Notes under the pieces: model-generated
Databases searched by the model: none
Told to the model about the DNA's origin: nothing
The model's input: only the letters and a program-made list of their open reading frames with translations
Made by a program: the position numbers and the translations under genes
Assembly (NCBI GenBank): GCA_041611735.1
Contig: JBFIML010000004.1
Coordinates: 1 to 64,000, forward strand
Reading direction: 5' to 3'
Source of the DNA: Myxococcota bacterium
Lineage (GTDB): Bacteria; Myxococcota_A; UBA9160; PR03
DNA: 64,000 nt
Part shown: positions 45,279 to 56,508 of the stretch, in pieces
Layout of the letters: every line of letters begins with the position of its first letter
Position numbering within the stretch: position 1 is the first letter of the stretch

Positions 45279-47440
45279 TGCTGCGGCGACTCGCGCTTGC
45301 GCCCGCCGCCGAGGATGCCTTCCAGGGTGTCCAGGATCTCGCGCCCGGCGCCCTCGCCCAGACGCTCGTCGATCTTGCGCTCGACCTTCTCGCGGCGGCG
45401 ACTCACGGCGAAGCTCGAGGCGAAGGCGACCACGGCCTCGGGCGAGAGGTCGATGCGCGGTGCGCTCGCCGTGCCGCGCACGCGCGCCAGGGGGATCACC
45501 TTCTGGCGCGCGGGGGGCGGCGCCTCCGCCGCGGCCGCGTCGGGCGTGGCGCCCGCCAGGGCCGTGTCCACCTCTTCGCCGATGGTGAGCTTGCCGGTCA
45601 TGTCGAGGGCGCCGTCGGCGAGCCCGAAGGTCCCGCGCAGATCCGCGGTGTAGTTGCGATAGACCAGGCGCAGGTCCTCGGTGCGCGCGCGCCCGCCGCC
45701 CACGTCGAAGCTGCCGGTGATGGACTGGAACTCGTCGCCGTAGAAGCGCTGCAGGGTGCTCCCGCCCCGGATGGCACCGACCAGGATGGCCGCCTCGGCG
45801 AAGCTCGCCAGGCGCTCGAGGGTGCCGCGCAGCAGCGAGACGCCGCGCAGGCGGCCCTGCCCGATCTCGAGCCGGGTCTGGCCGCCCATGCTCTCGACGG
45901 CCGGGCGCGGACCGCCCGTGGGCCCCGTCAGATTGGCGCGAAAGGTGAGCGGCCCCTGGAGGAGGTCCTTCTTGCCGGCCAGGGCCGTGACCAGCGCGTT
46001 GGCGTCGGCCTGCTCGGCGGCGACCTGCACCCGGTAGCGAGGCGTCCCGGCCAGGTCGGCGAGGTCGAGGTCGAGCTTCACGGGCTGGCCGGCCACGGTG
46101 AGGGCCAGGCCGGGGCCGCGCAGCGCCGAGCCGGCTCCCTCCAGGCTCCCGTTCACCACGATCGGCTGGCCCTCCTGGAAAGCCAGGCGCAGGTCCGCGA
46201 GTCCGATGCGACCGCGCACGTCGAGGGGCGGGGTCGCGACGGCGAGCTTCTCCAGGGAGACGCGACCCTGGGGCCGGACCGAGGCGAGAGCGGGCAGCAG
46301 CTCCCCCCAGCCGGCCAGGTCGAAGGGTGGGGCGTCGAGCTCCACGCGCGTGCGGTCACCGAAGCCGAGGCGCCCGGTGGCGTCCAGGTTGCGCACCTTG
46401 AGCCGCACCTGGTCGACGCCGATTCCGCCACCCGCCTGGGGCACCAGGCGCCCGCTCAAGGTGGCGGGCGTCCCGCTCGGCTTGGTGAAGGCCTGACCGT
46501 AGGCGAGGCTCGCCTGGGTGGCGTCCACCTCGAAGCTCCCGGTGGGAGTCTCGAGGCCGCCCTGGAGCTCGGCCTTGAGGGACACCCGCCCGCGCAGGCC
46601 CACGTCCTCCAGGCGCACGTCGCCGTCGGCGAGCGTCAGGTCCGCGGTCAGCGCCTGGGGCGAGGCGGCGGCACCGCGCGCCTTCAGGGTGCCGGTGAGC
46701 GCTCCGAGGACGCTGCGTCCCTTGCCCAGATAGGGTGCCACGGGAGCGAGGACCAGACCGTCGAGCTTCGCGGCCAGATCGATCTCGCCGTCGAGCTTGA
46801 CGGTGCCGTTCACCTGCACGCGGCCGCCGCTCGCGAGCCCGGCGGAGAGGTTCACGTCCAGCGGGCGATCCAGGGAGCTGCCGCGGGCGCGGGCCTCGAG
46901 ATCGGTCAGATCCCAGGTGACCGGCGGCGCGACGGTCCGGTCTTCCAGGATGAGGCGCGAGCGGCGCACGTCGAGCTCCCGCACCGCCAGGGCAACGCCC
47001 GCCCCCTCGGCGGACGGCGCGCTGGGCGCCTGGGCCCCGCCCGGCGCCGGCTGCTTCTGGCCCGGCAGCCGGATGCCGTCCTGGGTGCGCACCAGCCGCA
47101 CGGTGACGCCCTCCACCTGGAGGGAATCGATCACCACGGTGCGGGCCAGCAGCGGCAGCACCGCGAGGCGCAGGTCCACCTGCTCCGCCTCGACCAGCGC
47201 CTTCCCGCTCGGTCCGGGCTCCTTCACCTCCGGCGCCATCACCACGAGCCGCGGCGGCAGCAGCCCGAAGGAGAGCTCCTTCCAGCTCACTTCCTGACCC
47301 GTGGCGTCGCGGGCGGCCTCCTGGAGCCGGGCCCTCACCGCCTCGCTGCCCGCGATGCGGGGCAGCGCAACGACCAGGGCGCCGAGTCCCACGGTCAGGA
47401 GCACGACGCCGACGATGGCGATTCTCACCAGGATGCGCAT
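45275..47440 (-). CDS. AsmA-family (bridge-like lipid transport) protein
   Basis: N-terminal anchor, beta-rich body, C-terminal IPL..VRGT...PRI. Confidence 0.8.
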
Positions 47441-47445
47441 GGTCG

Positions 47446-48909
47446 TCAGTCCTTCAGGCGTCGGTTCAGGATGTCCCGCACGGCGGCCGGGTTCGCCTTG
47501 CCCCGGGTGCGCCGCATGACCTGTCCCATCAGGAAGTTCAGGATCTTCTCCTCGCCGGCCCGCAAGCGCTCGAGCATCTCCGGATGCGCGGCCAGCACCT
47601 CGTCCACCGCGCCCTCCAGGAGCCCCGTGTCGGCCACCGCCTCGAGGCCCCGCTCCCGCACCAGCGCCTGCGGGTCGCCGCCCCGCTGCATGAGCTCCGC
47701 CACCAGGGGCCGGGCGTTGGAGGCCGTCACCTTGCCCTTCTCCACGAGACGCACCAGGCCCACCAGGGCTTCCGGGGCGAGGGCCGTGGCGTCGATCTCG
47801 CCGCTGCGCTCCTTCAGGGCCTGGAGGACGTCGCGCAGCACCCAGTTGGCGACGGTCTTGGGGTTCCCGTGGGCGCGGGCCGCCGCCTCGAAGAAATCCG
47901 CCAGGGCGCGGCTCTCGGTCAGCTGGCGGGCATCGTAGGCCGAGAGCTCGTAGGCCTCGGCCAGCCGGCGGCGGCGGGCCTCCGGCAGCTCCGGCAGGGC
48001 GGCGCGCGCGCGCTCCAGGGCCTCGGACTCGATCTCGAGGGGGATCAGGTCGGGATCCGGGAAGTAGCGGTAGTCGTCGGCGTTCTCCTTGACGCGCATC
48101 ACGCGCGTGCGCTCGGTGGCCGGATCGTAGAGGAGCGTGGCCTGGACCACCCGCTCGCCGGCGTCGAGTCGCTCCGCCTGGCGCTCGATCTCCGCCCGCA
48201 GCGCGCCCTCCACGAAGCGGAAGCTGTTCAGGTTCTTGAGCTCCGTGCGGATGCCGAGCTCGCTGGCGCCCCGGGGCCGCAGCGACAGGTTGGCGTCGCA
48301 GCGGAAGTGCCCCTTCTCCAGGTCCGCATCGGAGACGTCCACGTAGCGCAGCAGCTGGCGCAGCGCGCGCAGGTAGGCGCCGGCCTGCTCGGGCGAGCGC
48401 AGGTCGGGCTCCGACACGATCTCAAGCAGCGGGACGCCGGCGCGGTTCAGGTCCACGTGGGAGCCGTCCTGACCCGCCACGGCCCGGTCGTGGATGGACT
48501 TGCCGGCGTCCTCCTCCATGTGGATGCGGGTGAGCCTCACGCGCTGGGTCCCGCCCTCCCCGTCCAGCTCCACGTCGAGGAAGCCGCCCGTGGCCAAGGG
48601 CTCCTCGTACTGGGAGATCTGGTAGCCCTTGGGGAGATCCGGGTAGAAGTAGTTCTTGCGCGCGAAGACGGAGCGCCCCTGCACGGTGCAGTGGGCGGCG
48701 AGCGCCGCCCGCAACGCCAGCTCCACGGCCTGCCGGTTCAGGACCGGCAGGGCCCCGGGCAGGGCCAGGCAGACCGGGCAGGCGTGGTGGTTCGGGTCTT
48801 CGCCGTAGCGCACGGCGCAGCCGCAGAAGAGCTTCGACTCCGTGCGCAGCTGCACGTGCACCTCGAGGCCGATCACCACCTCGTAGCGGGGATGGGGGGC
48901 GGCGCTCAC
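47446..48909 (-). CDS. gatB: Asp/Glu-tRNA amidotransferase subunit B
   Basis: [47 protein letters not shown]. Confidence 0.97.
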   Translation of the reverse strand: MSAAPHPRYEVVIGLEVHVQLRTESKLFCGCAVRYGEDPNHHACPVCLALPGALPVLNRQAVELALRAALAAHCTVQGRSVFARKNYFYPDLPKGYQISQYEEPLATGGFLDVELDGEGGTQRVRLTRIHMEEDAGKSIHDRAVAGQDGSHVDLNRAGVPLLEIVSEPDLRSPEQAGAYLRALRQLLRYVDVSDADLEKGHFRCDANLSLRPRGASELGIRTELKNLNSFRFVEGALRAEIERQAERLDAGERVVQATLLYDPATERTRVMRVKENADDYRYFPDPDLIPLEIESEALERARAALPELPEARRRRLAEAYELSAYDARQLTESRALADFFEAAARAHGNPKTVANWVLRDVLQALKERSGEIDATALAPEALVGLVRLVEKGKVTASNARPLVAELMQRGGDPQALVRERGLEAVADTGLLEGAVDEVLAAHPEMLERLRAGEEKILNFLMGQVMRRTRGKANPAAVRDILNRRLKD

Positions 48910-50372
48910 GCGAGCTCCGGGGGCCGGCGCGCGTGCCACTCCGTACGGCGCTGGTAGGCGTCCGCCACCCGCAGCAGCGTCGCCTCGTCGAGGGCGCGCC
49001 CGAGCAGCTGCAGCCCCACGGGCATGCCGTGGGCGAACCCGCACGGAATCGAGAGCCCGGGCACCCCGGCCAGGTTGGCGGACACCGTGTATACGTCCGA
49101 GAGGTACATGCGCAGCGGGTCGGCGGACTTCTCGCCCAGCCGAAACGCCACTTCCGGCGCCGTGGGGGTGACGAGCACGTCGCAGGCGGCGAGCGCCCGC
49201 TCGAAGTCGCGGCGCAGCAGCGTCCGCACCTGCAAGGCCTTGCGGTAGTAGGCGTCGTAGTAGCCGGCGGACAGTACGTAGGTCCCGAGCAGGATGCGCC
49301 GCTTCACCTCGGACCCGAAGCCCTCGGAGCGCGTGCGCCGGTACATGTCGCCGAGGGTCGCGGCGTCCGCCGCCCGATGTCCGTAGCGGACACCGTCGTA
49401 GCGGGCCAGGTTGCTCGACGCCTCGGCCGGCGCGATCAGGTAGTAGGTGGCGATCGCGTGGCGGGTGTGGGGCAGCGAGACCTCGCGCATCTTGGCGCCG
49501 GCGCGCTCGAGCTCCGCCACCGCCTCGCGGACCCGCGCCAGCACCTCGGGGTCCACGCCCTCGGCCACGAAGTACTCGCGAGGCAGGCCGAGTACGAGGC
49601 CCGAGACGTCCCCGCTCAGGGCCTCGAGGCAGGCGGGCGCCGGCTCCGGGATCGAGGTGGAGTCGCGGGCGTCGTGGCCGGCGATGGTCTGCAGGACGCG
49701 GGCGCAGTCGGCCGCGGAGCGGGCGAAGGGGCCCACCTGGTCCAGGGACGAGGCGAAGGCCACCAGCCCGTAGCGGGACACGCGTCCATAGGTGGGCTTC
49801 AGTCCCACGACACCGCAGAAGGCCGCGGGCTGGCGGATCGACCCGCCGGTGTCGCTGCCCAGGGCCACCGGCACCACGCCGGCGGCCACCGCCGCCGCCG
49901 AGCCCCCCGACGAGCCGCCCGGCGCGCGCTCCAGATCCCAGGGGTTGCGGGTCGCGCCGAAGGCCGAGTTCTCGGTGGAGGAGCCCATGGCGAACTCGTC
50001 CAGGTTGGTGCGCCCGATCACGACGGCACCCGCCGCCCGCAGGCGGGCGACGGCGGTGGCCTCGTAGGGCGAGACGAATCCCGCCAGGATGCGGGACGCG
50101 CAGGTGGTGGGTTCGCCCGCCAGCACCTGGTTGTCCTTGACGGCCACGGGGATGCCGTCCAGGGGCGAGCGCACCTCGCCGCGCCCCCGGCGCGCGTCGG
50201 CCTGGGCCGCCTCCGCGGAGGCGGCCGCACCGCGCAAGCCGACGAAGGCGTGGAGGCGCGGCTCCAGGCGCTCGGCCCGCGCCAGGGCCGCCTCCACCAG
50301 CTCCAGGGAGGAGACCCGCCCGGCGTCCAGCTCCCGGCGCAGCACGTCGAGGGTCGGGAGAGGTTCGGCCAC
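48906..50372 (-). CDS. gatA: Asp/Glu-tRNA amidotransferase subunit A
   Basis: [38 protein letters not shown]. Confidence 0.97.
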   Translation of the reverse strand: MAEPLPTLDVLRRELDAGRVSSLELVEAALARAERLEPRLHAFVGLRGAAASAEAAQADARRGRGEVRSPLDGIPVAVKDNQVLAGEPTTCASRILAGFVSPYEATAVARLRAAGAVVIGRTNLDEFAMGSSTENSAFGATRNPWDLERAPGGSSGGSAAAVAAGVVPVALGSDTGGSIRQPAAFCGVVGLKPTYGRVSRYGLVAFASSLDQVGPFARSAADCARVLQTIAGHDARDSTSIPEPAPACLEALSGDVSGLVLGLPREYFVAEGVDPEVLARVREAVAELERAGAKMREVSLPHTRHAIATYYLIAPAEASSNLARYDGVRYGHRAADAATLGDMYRRTRSEGFGSEVKRRILLGTYVLSAGYYDAYYRKALQVRTLLRRDFERALAACDVLVTPTAPEVAFRLGEKSADPLRMYLSDVYTVSANLAGVPGLSIPCGFAHGMPVGLQLLGRALDEATLLRVADAYQRRTEWHARRPPELA

Positions 50373-50378
50373 GACGTC

Positions 50379-50681
50379 CTAGGTCTCGTCCTCCGCGATC
50401 ACCTTCGGAACGACGAAGGCGTGACCGTCCCGCTCCGGAGCGTTCGCCACCGCCTGCTCCGGATCGAGACCGGGCTGCACCCGGTCGTCGCGCAGGGGGG
50501 TTCGCAGGGGGATGGCATGGGAGGTGGGCTCGACCCCTTCCGTGTCCAGGGCCTCGAGGCTCGCCACGTACTCGAGGATGGTCTCGAGCTCGCCGGTCAT
50601 GCGCTCGGCTTCTTCGGGACGGAGCGTGAGGCGCGCCAGATCGGCGATGCGCTCCACCTCCTCGCGCGTGATCCGGGCCAC
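50379..50681 (-). CDS. gatC: Asp/Glu-tRNA amidotransferase subunit C
   Basis: ITREEVERIADLARL...LRDD...NAP....FVVPKVI. Confidence 0.93.
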   Translation of the reverse strand: MARITREEVERIADLARLTLRPEEAERMTGELETILEYVASLEALDTEGVEPTSHAIPLRTPLRDDRVQPGLDPEQAVANAPERDGHAFVVPKVIAEDET

Positions 50682-50699
50682 GCCCGCAAGGTAGCCCGC

Positions 50700-50940
50700 A
50701 GACGCAGCGGGCGCAGCTCGCAAGCGCAGCGCGCAGCGAGGCGCAGGCGAGCGAAGTCGGCCCGGCCCGCAGCGCGCAGCCCGCAAGCGAAGCGCGCAGC
50801 CCGCAAGCGAAGCGCGCAGCGAGGCGCAGCCGAGCGAAGTCAGCAGCCCGCAGCCGAGCGAAGTCGGCAGCCGGCAGCCGAGCGAAGTCGGCAGCCCGAA
50901 GCCGGGCGAGGTTCCCCGGCCCGCAGCCGAGCGAAGCCCC
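50700..50940. repeat. Intergenic compound tandem repeat (20-bp and 24-bp units)
   Basis: agcgcgcagcccgcaagcga at 50771-50790 and 50791-50810 plus a partial copy; gcagccgagcgaagtc(a/g)gcagcc(c/g) at 50826-50849, 50850-50873 and 50874-50897 plus degenerate copies. Confidence 0.85.
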
Positions 50941-50984
50941 CACCGATGGCGCCCGCGCCCGCCGACGGCTAGCTTGCGCCGCGA

Positions 50985-52430
50985 ATGACCGATCTGTCCG
51001 ACCTGTTCGCCGACTTCCCCGACGACATCCAAGCCGGCCTCCGCGACCTGGGCTGGCACTCCCCCCTGCCGGTGCAGCTGCGCGTCATCCCGCTCATGCG
51101 GGAGCGCCGGGACCTGATCGTCCAGGCCCGCACGGGCAGCGGCAAGACCGGCGCCTTCGGACTGCCGATCGTGGCCGAGGTGGACCTGGAGCGGGCCGAG
51201 CCCCAGGCGCTCGTGCTGGCCCCGACCCGCGAGCTGGCCAACCAGGTGGCGACCGAGATCTCCGCCATGGGCAAGCACCGGGGCGTGCGCTGCCTGGCCA
51301 TCTACGGCGGCGTCGGCTACGGGCCCCAGCTCGAGGGCATCAAGGCCGGCCCCCACGTGGTGGTGGGCACGCCCGGGCGCATGCTCGACCACCTGTCCGC
51401 CGGCCGCCTGCGCTTCGACGGCGTGCGCTTCTTCGTCCTGGACGAGGCCGACGAGCTGCTCTCCCTCGGCTTCTGGCCCGACATGCGGGAGATGGACCGC
51501 TACCTCCCGCCCAAGGGCGAGCGCCAGTCGTACCTCTTCTCGGCCACCATGCCGGAGCGGGTGCGCTCGCTGGCCCGCGTCCTGCTGCACGAGCCCGAGT
51601 TCATCGCTCTCTCGGAAGGGCAGATCGCACCCCAGGAGATCGAGCACTTCTTCTACCTGGTGTCGGCCCAGGAGAAGGAGGCCGGCCTGCTGCGGGTGCT
51701 CGAGTACGAGGATCCCGAGAGCGCCATCGTCTTCTGCAACACGAAGGACGACGTGCGCTACGTGACGACCTACCTGAAGCGTCGCGGCTTCGATGCGGAC
51801 CAGATCTCGGGAGACCTCGCCCAGGCGGCGCGCGAAGAGGCCATGAAGCGCATCAAGGCCGGCGAGCTGCGCATCCTGGTGGCCACCGACGTGGCCGCGC
51901 GCGGGATCGACATCTCGGACCTGACCCACGTCATCAGCTACGCGGCCCCCGACTCGCCCGAGGTGTACGTGCACCGCACGGGGCGGACCGGGCGGGCGGG
52001 CAAGGCCGGCATGGCGCTCTCCCTGGTCTCGGGGCTCGACATCGGGAACTTCCGGTGGCTCCAGAAGGTGAACCGGCTCGAGATCGCCGAGCGCAAGCTC
52101 CCCAGCGACGAGGACCTGCTGCGGCGCATCCGCGAGCGGCTCTCGGTCAAGGTCGAGCAGGAGCTCAGACTCATCCCGGAACGCGACCGCTCCTGGAAGG
52201 TGGATCGCCTCGTGCCGGTGGTGGAGGCGATGGTCGCCAGCGAGGAGGGCCGCCGCGAGCTCGCAGCCGTCTGCGCGTCCTACCTGCGCGAGCACCGTCC
52301 CGAGACGACGGTGACCGAGGCGCCGCGCCCGGTCCAGCCGGAGGGTGGCGCCGGCGACCGGACGCCCGCAGCGGGCCGCGGGGAGCGGCGCCGGCGACGC
52401 GGCCGGCGCAGCGGGCGTCCCCGGAACTAG
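50985..52430 (+). CDS. DEAD-box RNA helicase
   Basis: TGSGKT, PTRELA, TPGR, DEAD, SAT, ARGID, HRTGRTGR; Arg-rich tail. Confidence 0.95.
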   Translation: MTDLSDLFADFPDDIQAGLRDLGWHSPLPVQLRVIPLMRERRDLIVQARTGSGKTGAFGLPIVAEVDLERAEPQALVLAPTRELANQVATEISAMGKHRGVRCLAIYGGVGYGPQLEGIKAGPHVVVGTPGRMLDHLSAGRLRFDGVRFFVLDEADELLSLGFWPDMREMDRYLPPKGERQSYLFSATMPERVRSLARVLLHEPEFIALSEGQIAPQEIEHFFYLVSAQEKEAGLLRVLEYEDPESAIVFCNTKDDVRYVTTYLKRRGFDADQISGDLAQAAREEAMKRIKAGELRILVATDVAARGIDISDLTHVISYAAPDSPEVYVHRTGRTGRAGKAGMALSLVSGLDIGNFRWLQKVNRLEIAERKLPSDEDLLRRIRERLSVKVEQELRLIPERDRSWKVDRLVPVVEAMVASEEGRRELAAVCASYLREHRPETTVTEAPRPVQPEGGAGDRTPAAGRGERRRRRGRRSGRPRN

Positions 52431-52431
52431 G

Positions 52432-52968
52432 GTGCGCATCACCGTGTTCGCGGGCTCCGCCCGGGCCGCGGGGGAGCCTTATCTCTCCGACGCCCGGGCG
52501 CTCGGCCGGGCCATCGCCCGGCGCGGCCACCTGCTGGTCTACGGCGGCGGGCGCACCGGGCTGATGGGCGCCGTGGCGGACGCGGCCCTGGCGGCGGGCG
52601 GGCGGGTGCACGGCGTGATCCTGCGCCGCTTCATCGAGCAGGACGTCCACCACCTGGGCGTGGAGATGTACCAGGTGGACGACATGCGCTCGCGCAAGGC
52701 GGGGCTGGACGAGCGGGCGGACGCCTTCGTGGCGCTGCCCGGGGGCTTCGGGACCCTGGAGGAGCTGACCGAGATCCTCTCGTTCCGGAAGCTCGAGCTG
52801 CACCACCGGCTCCTGGTGCTCCTGAACACGGCCGGCTTCTTCGACCCGCTGCTCGCCCAGTTCGAGCGGGCCGCGGCGGCGGGCTTCGAGAAGCCTGCCC
52901 ACCTGGCCTTCCACGCGGTCACGAAGGATCCCGAGGAGGCGGTGCGCCTGTGCGAGGCCGGGACCTGA
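52432..52968 (+). CDS. LOG-family nucleotide phosphoribohydrolase
   Basis: YGGG..GLMG, M..RK, PGGFGTLEE. Confidence 0.9.
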   Translation: MRITVFAGSARAAGEPYLSDARALGRAIARRGHLLVYGGGRTGLMGAVADAALAAGGRVHGVILRRFIEQDVHHLGVEMYQVDDMRSRKAGLDERADAFVALPGGFGTLEELTEILSFRKLELHHRLLVLLNTAGFFDPLLAQFERAAAAGFEKPAHLAFHAVTKDPEEAVRLCEAGT

Positions 52969-53020
52969 CCCTTCCGGGGTCCCCCCGAGGATGTTCCCCG
53001 GGGGCCAGATCCGGATCCCG

Positions 53021-53050
53021 TTGAGCTTTCGGGGCCTCTTGGCGTAGATT
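53021..53050 (+). promoter_or_regulatory. Possible sigma70 promoter TTGAGC-N18-TAGATT
   Basis: Hexamers upstream of the 53149 gene. Confidence 0.35.
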
Positions 53051-53148
53051 GGTGGGGCTCTGGCCCCGCGCGCGCCGGGCCGGGAGCTCGAATGGTCGGA
53101 ACGGTGGAGTCCTGCGCCCCGGGTGGGCGCCCTACTCGGGGTCAATCC

Positions 53149-56100
53149 GTGCACATCCGCATCCTCTTCGTTGCGCTGGTCGCTCTGGTCCTGGCGGCAC
53201 CCGTGTGTGGCCCGACCGTGTTCGTCGCCATCTCGCCGCAGACCGGACAGGTGATCGCCGTGCTCTCGTTCCCGGTGCAGGTCGAGATCAACACGAGCGT
53301 GGCGAATCCGAGCACCCTCGAGGTGACGCTGAACGACGTACCCCTCGCCATGGCCGGGGGGCCCGCGGTCTGGACGGCCACCGTGAACGCCGGCGGGCCC
53401 GTCCTCGACGACAACGTGCTCAAGGCGCGCGTCAAGCTGAACGACGGCACGCCGGTGGCGCGCCAGGTGCAGTTCCAGTACCAGCCGCCCAAGGCGCGCG
53501 CACGCAAGATCACGAACCCCGCCGACCTGATCGAGGGGCCGCTGGCCCACGGCCGGGTCGGGGACTACGTGATCGAGAATGCCGTGGCCCGCTTCGTGAT
53601 CCAGGACGGCCCGAAGCGCGACATCTACAGCGTCGGGCAGTTCGGCGGCAACGTGATCGACGCCGAGCGGGTGGTGAGCGGCGTGCGCCAGGGCAACGAC
53701 AATTTCTTCGAGATGCAGCCCGGCGTGAACATCGAGACGGTGATCAACGCGGATGTGGTCGAGGTGGTGAACGACGGGCAGAACGCCCTTCCGGCGGTGG
53801 TCCGTGCCTGCGGCCCGGACGACCTGATCGACTTCATCAACGCCTCCTCCGCGGTCGCCGACTTCGGCCTGCCCCCGCCGGCGGGCACCGACGACAACGA
53901 CATGGACCTGGAGGGCTGCACCACCTACACGCTCACCGCCAGCGACTCCCACCTCTCGGTCCAGACCACGCTCACCTACAACTCGGGCCCGAACGTGAAC
54001 CTCTTCTCGGGCGACTACCTGAACGGGGCCGGCGAGCTGGAGCAGTGGACCAGCAATTCGGCCATCCTCGGCGCCTCGAGGCAGGGCATCGGCGAGATGC
54101 TCGCCAACGCCTCCTTCGACGTGTTCAGCTACTTCGGCTTCGGCCAGGGCCTGGGCACCAGCTACGGGGTCTTGCCGCGTCCGGTGGCGGGCGCCTTCGT
54201 CCCCGTGTCGAGCTCCTTCAGCACCTCCGGGGTCTCCTACGTGCTGGCGGGAAGCTCGATCCCGCTGGTGCTGGCCGGCTTCACCGTGCCGACCTTTGGG
54301 AACGTCCCGGCCGGCGCCAGCCGCTCCTTCACGCGGCTGTTCCAGGTGGCGGACGGGAGCCCGTCGCGTCTCGTGGACCTGCAGCTGGCCCTGGACGGCT
54401 TCCCGAACGAGGGGACCCTGCAGGGGGTCGTGCGTGTGGGCGGCGTGCCGGTGCCGGGCGCCCGCGTGGTGGCGGGCCCGCTGAACCCGGCCCAGACCGA
54501 GATCCTCGAACCCTCCTCGATCTGGGTCACCGACGCCAACGGCTTCTACTCGGGCAAGCTCGTCCAGGGCACCTATGGCGTGGCGGCGTCACTGCAGGGC
54601 GCGCTCTACGAGCCGGGCGGGCCCACGGCCACCAAGCCCAAGGCAAACGTGGTATCGATCACCGCGAGCAACACGACGACGAAGGACGTGGCGCTCCCGG
54701 CCACCGGCCGGGTGCGCGTCAACGTGGTGGACCACCTGAACGCGCCGCTCCCGGCGCGGGTCAGCGTGGTCGGCTTCGACCCGAGTCCCGAGATCCCGAT
54801 CCCGTTCGCGGAGGGCCCGGTCTCGGGCACGACCGGGCTGTTCCGGGACGTGACCAAGGATTCCATGCAGTACGGCATCACCTGGGTGGCCTACGCGGGC
54901 GCCAATGGGGTGGCGGAGTTCAACCTGGAGCCCGGGACCTACGAGATCTTCGTCTCCCGGGGCACCGAGTACTCGCTCTTCCAGCAGTCGACGGTGGTGG
55001 GATCGGGCCCCTTCGGGACGGTGACCAACACCGTGAATGCCCAGCTCGTGAAGGTGCTCGACACGACGGGCTTCATCTCCTCCGACTACCACGTGCACAT
55101 GTTGGACAGCCCGGACTCGCGCATCAATCGATCGAACCGGGTTCATTCCATGGCGGGCGAGGGCGTCGACAACCTGATCATCACGGACCACGACGCGCTC
55201 CCGGACCCCGCGCCCCTGATCGCGTCGCTCGGCCTCGCCCCGTTCCTGCACTCGACCATCGGCGAGGAGATCACGAGCTTCGACTACGGGCACTTCAACG
55301 CCTATCCCCAGGCCCGGGATCCGGTGCCGCCCTCCGGCGGCTCCACCGACTTCGGCGGCGCGGCGCCGGTGGGCGACGACTTCCCCAGCAAGGGCCACTT
55401 CAACCTGACCCCGGCCCAGCTCCAGAACGAGGCCAAGAACAAGCTGAAGACCGGCGGCGGCCTGCAGAACGCGGGGCTCACCACCGTGGTGCACGTGAAC
55501 CACATCGACAGCCACTTCCAGCCCCTGCAGATCAACACCGCCGCCCAGCCCCCCACCTCGCTGAGCGGCGCGAGCGCCTCCTTCTTCCGGCTCGACCCCA
55601 TGGTCCCGAACTTCTTCAATGCGAACTTCGAGGGGCTCGAGCTCTGGAACGGCAGCGGCCGCGGCGACCAGGACCAGTTCCTGTTCGAGCGCATGGGGAT
55701 CTGGATGAACCTGCTCAACCAGGGCATCCCCATGACCTTCATCGCCGACACCGACACCCACACGTTCTTCGACCTGGAGACGGCGGGAGCGCGCACCTGG
55801 ACGCCCACCTCCACCGGCTCCGACGCCCCGAACCAGATCCTGGACAACGACATCGGGACGGCCATCGACGCCGGGAAGGCGCTGGGCGGCCAGGGCATCT
55901 ACGTGAAGACCCGGCTGGTGGACACCGAGACCACCAACGAGGCCAACTTCGAGTGGAGTGGCTCCACCCTGGTCACCGCCACGGACGGCACTGTGAACCT
56001 CGAGATCGACGTGCAGGCACCCACCTGGGCCTCCTACGATCGGATCGAGATCTACACCAACGCCCAGACCTGCAAGTGCACGACGGCCCGCTGCAACGGA

Positions 56101-56508
56101 ATCCCGGTGGGCACCCGCATGCTCTACGGCGCGCTCCCGAGCCAGGTGCTCACGCTGGGCGGCGGCGGCTTCACGGTCACCACCGAGCCGGGCCTGGACG
56201 GCGGCCAGCGCCGGCGCACCCAGAAGACCGTGAGCCTGGGGAGCCCGACGCCGCTCACCCAGGACACCTGGGTGGTGGTGGTGGTGAAGGGCACCGTGAA
56301 CGCGAGCCCGCCGATGTTCCCGGTCTACCCGCGCAACCTGACCTCTGGAGACAACCCGAACCTGGCGGCACTGCTCAGCAACACGGTGAGCGAGGCGGGC
56401 ACCCGGGCGCTCGGGGCCACCAACGCGCTCTACCTGGACGTGGACGGCAACGCCGCCTTCGACGCGCCCGGCTGTGCGGGCCGCTGCAACGTCTCGCTCT
56501 GCCCCTGA
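53149..56508 (+). CDS. Large secreted PHP-fold (CehA/McbA-like) metallohydrolase with N-terminal beta-sandwich domains
   Basis: Signal peptide; DYHVH, ITDHD, GEEIT..GHFN, VNH, LELWNG, DTDTH. Confidence 0.78.
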   Translation: MHIRILFVALVALVLAAPVCGPTVFVAISPQTGQVIAVLSFPVQVEINTSVANPSTLEVTLNDVPLAMAGGPAVWTATVNAGGPVLDDNVLKARVKLNDGTPVARQVQFQYQPPKARARKITNPADLIEGPLAHGRVGDYVIENAVARFVIQDGPKRDIYSVGQFGGNVIDAERVVSGVRQGNDNFFEMQPGVNIETVINADVVEVVNDGQNALPAVVRACGPDDLIDFINASSAVADFGLPPPAGTDDNDMDLEGCTTYTLTASDSHLSVQTTLTYNSGPNVNLFSGDYLNGAGELEQWTSNSAILGASRQGIGEMLANASFDVFSYFGFGQGLGTSYGVLPRPVAGAFVPVSSSFSTSGVSYVLAGSSIPLVLAGFTVPTFGNVPAGASRSFTRLFQVADGSPSRLVDLQLALDGFPNEGTLQGVVRVGGVPVPGARVVAGPLNPAQTEILEPSSIWVTDANGFYSGKLVQGTYGVAASLQGALYEPGGPTATKPKANVVSITASNTTTKDVALPATGRVRVNVVDHLNAPLPARVSVVGFDPSPEIPIPFAEGPVSGTTGLFRDVTKDSMQYGITWVAYAGANGVAEFNLEPGTYEIFVSRGTEYSLFQQSTVVGSGPFGTVTNTVNAQLVKVLDTTGFISSDYHVHMLDSPDSRINRSNRVHSMAGEGVDNLIITDHDALPDPAPLIASLGLAPFLHSTIGEEITSFDYGHFNAYPQARDPVPPSGGSTDFGGAAPVGDDFPSKGHFNLTPAQLQNEAKNKLKTGGGLQNAGLTTVVHVNHIDSHFQPLQINTAAQPPTSLSGASASFFRLDPMVPNFFNANFEGLELWNGSGRGDQDQFLFERMGIWMNLLNQGIPMTFIADTDTHTFFDLETAGARTWTPTSTGSDAPNQILDNDIGTAIDAGKALGGQGIYVKTRLVDTETTNEANFEWSGSTLVTATDGTVNLEIDVQAPTWASYDRIEIYTNAQTCKCTTARCNGIPVGTRMLYGALPSQVLTLGGGGFTVTTEPGLDGGQRRRTQKTVSLGSPTPLTQDTWVVVVVKGTVNASPPMFPVYPRNLTSGDNPNLAALLSNTVSEAGTRALGATNALYLDVDGNAAFDAPGCAGRCNVSLCP

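Noticed and set aside
50700-50940. CRISPR array or coding extension of gatB/gatC
   Set aside because: The repeats are head-to-tail without unique spacers, no cas genes are present, and translations are low-complexity
53049-56504. N-terminal part of the 1561-aa track ORF
   Set aside because: It is a shadow frame of the metallohydrolase; only the part from about 56505 looks like a real protein
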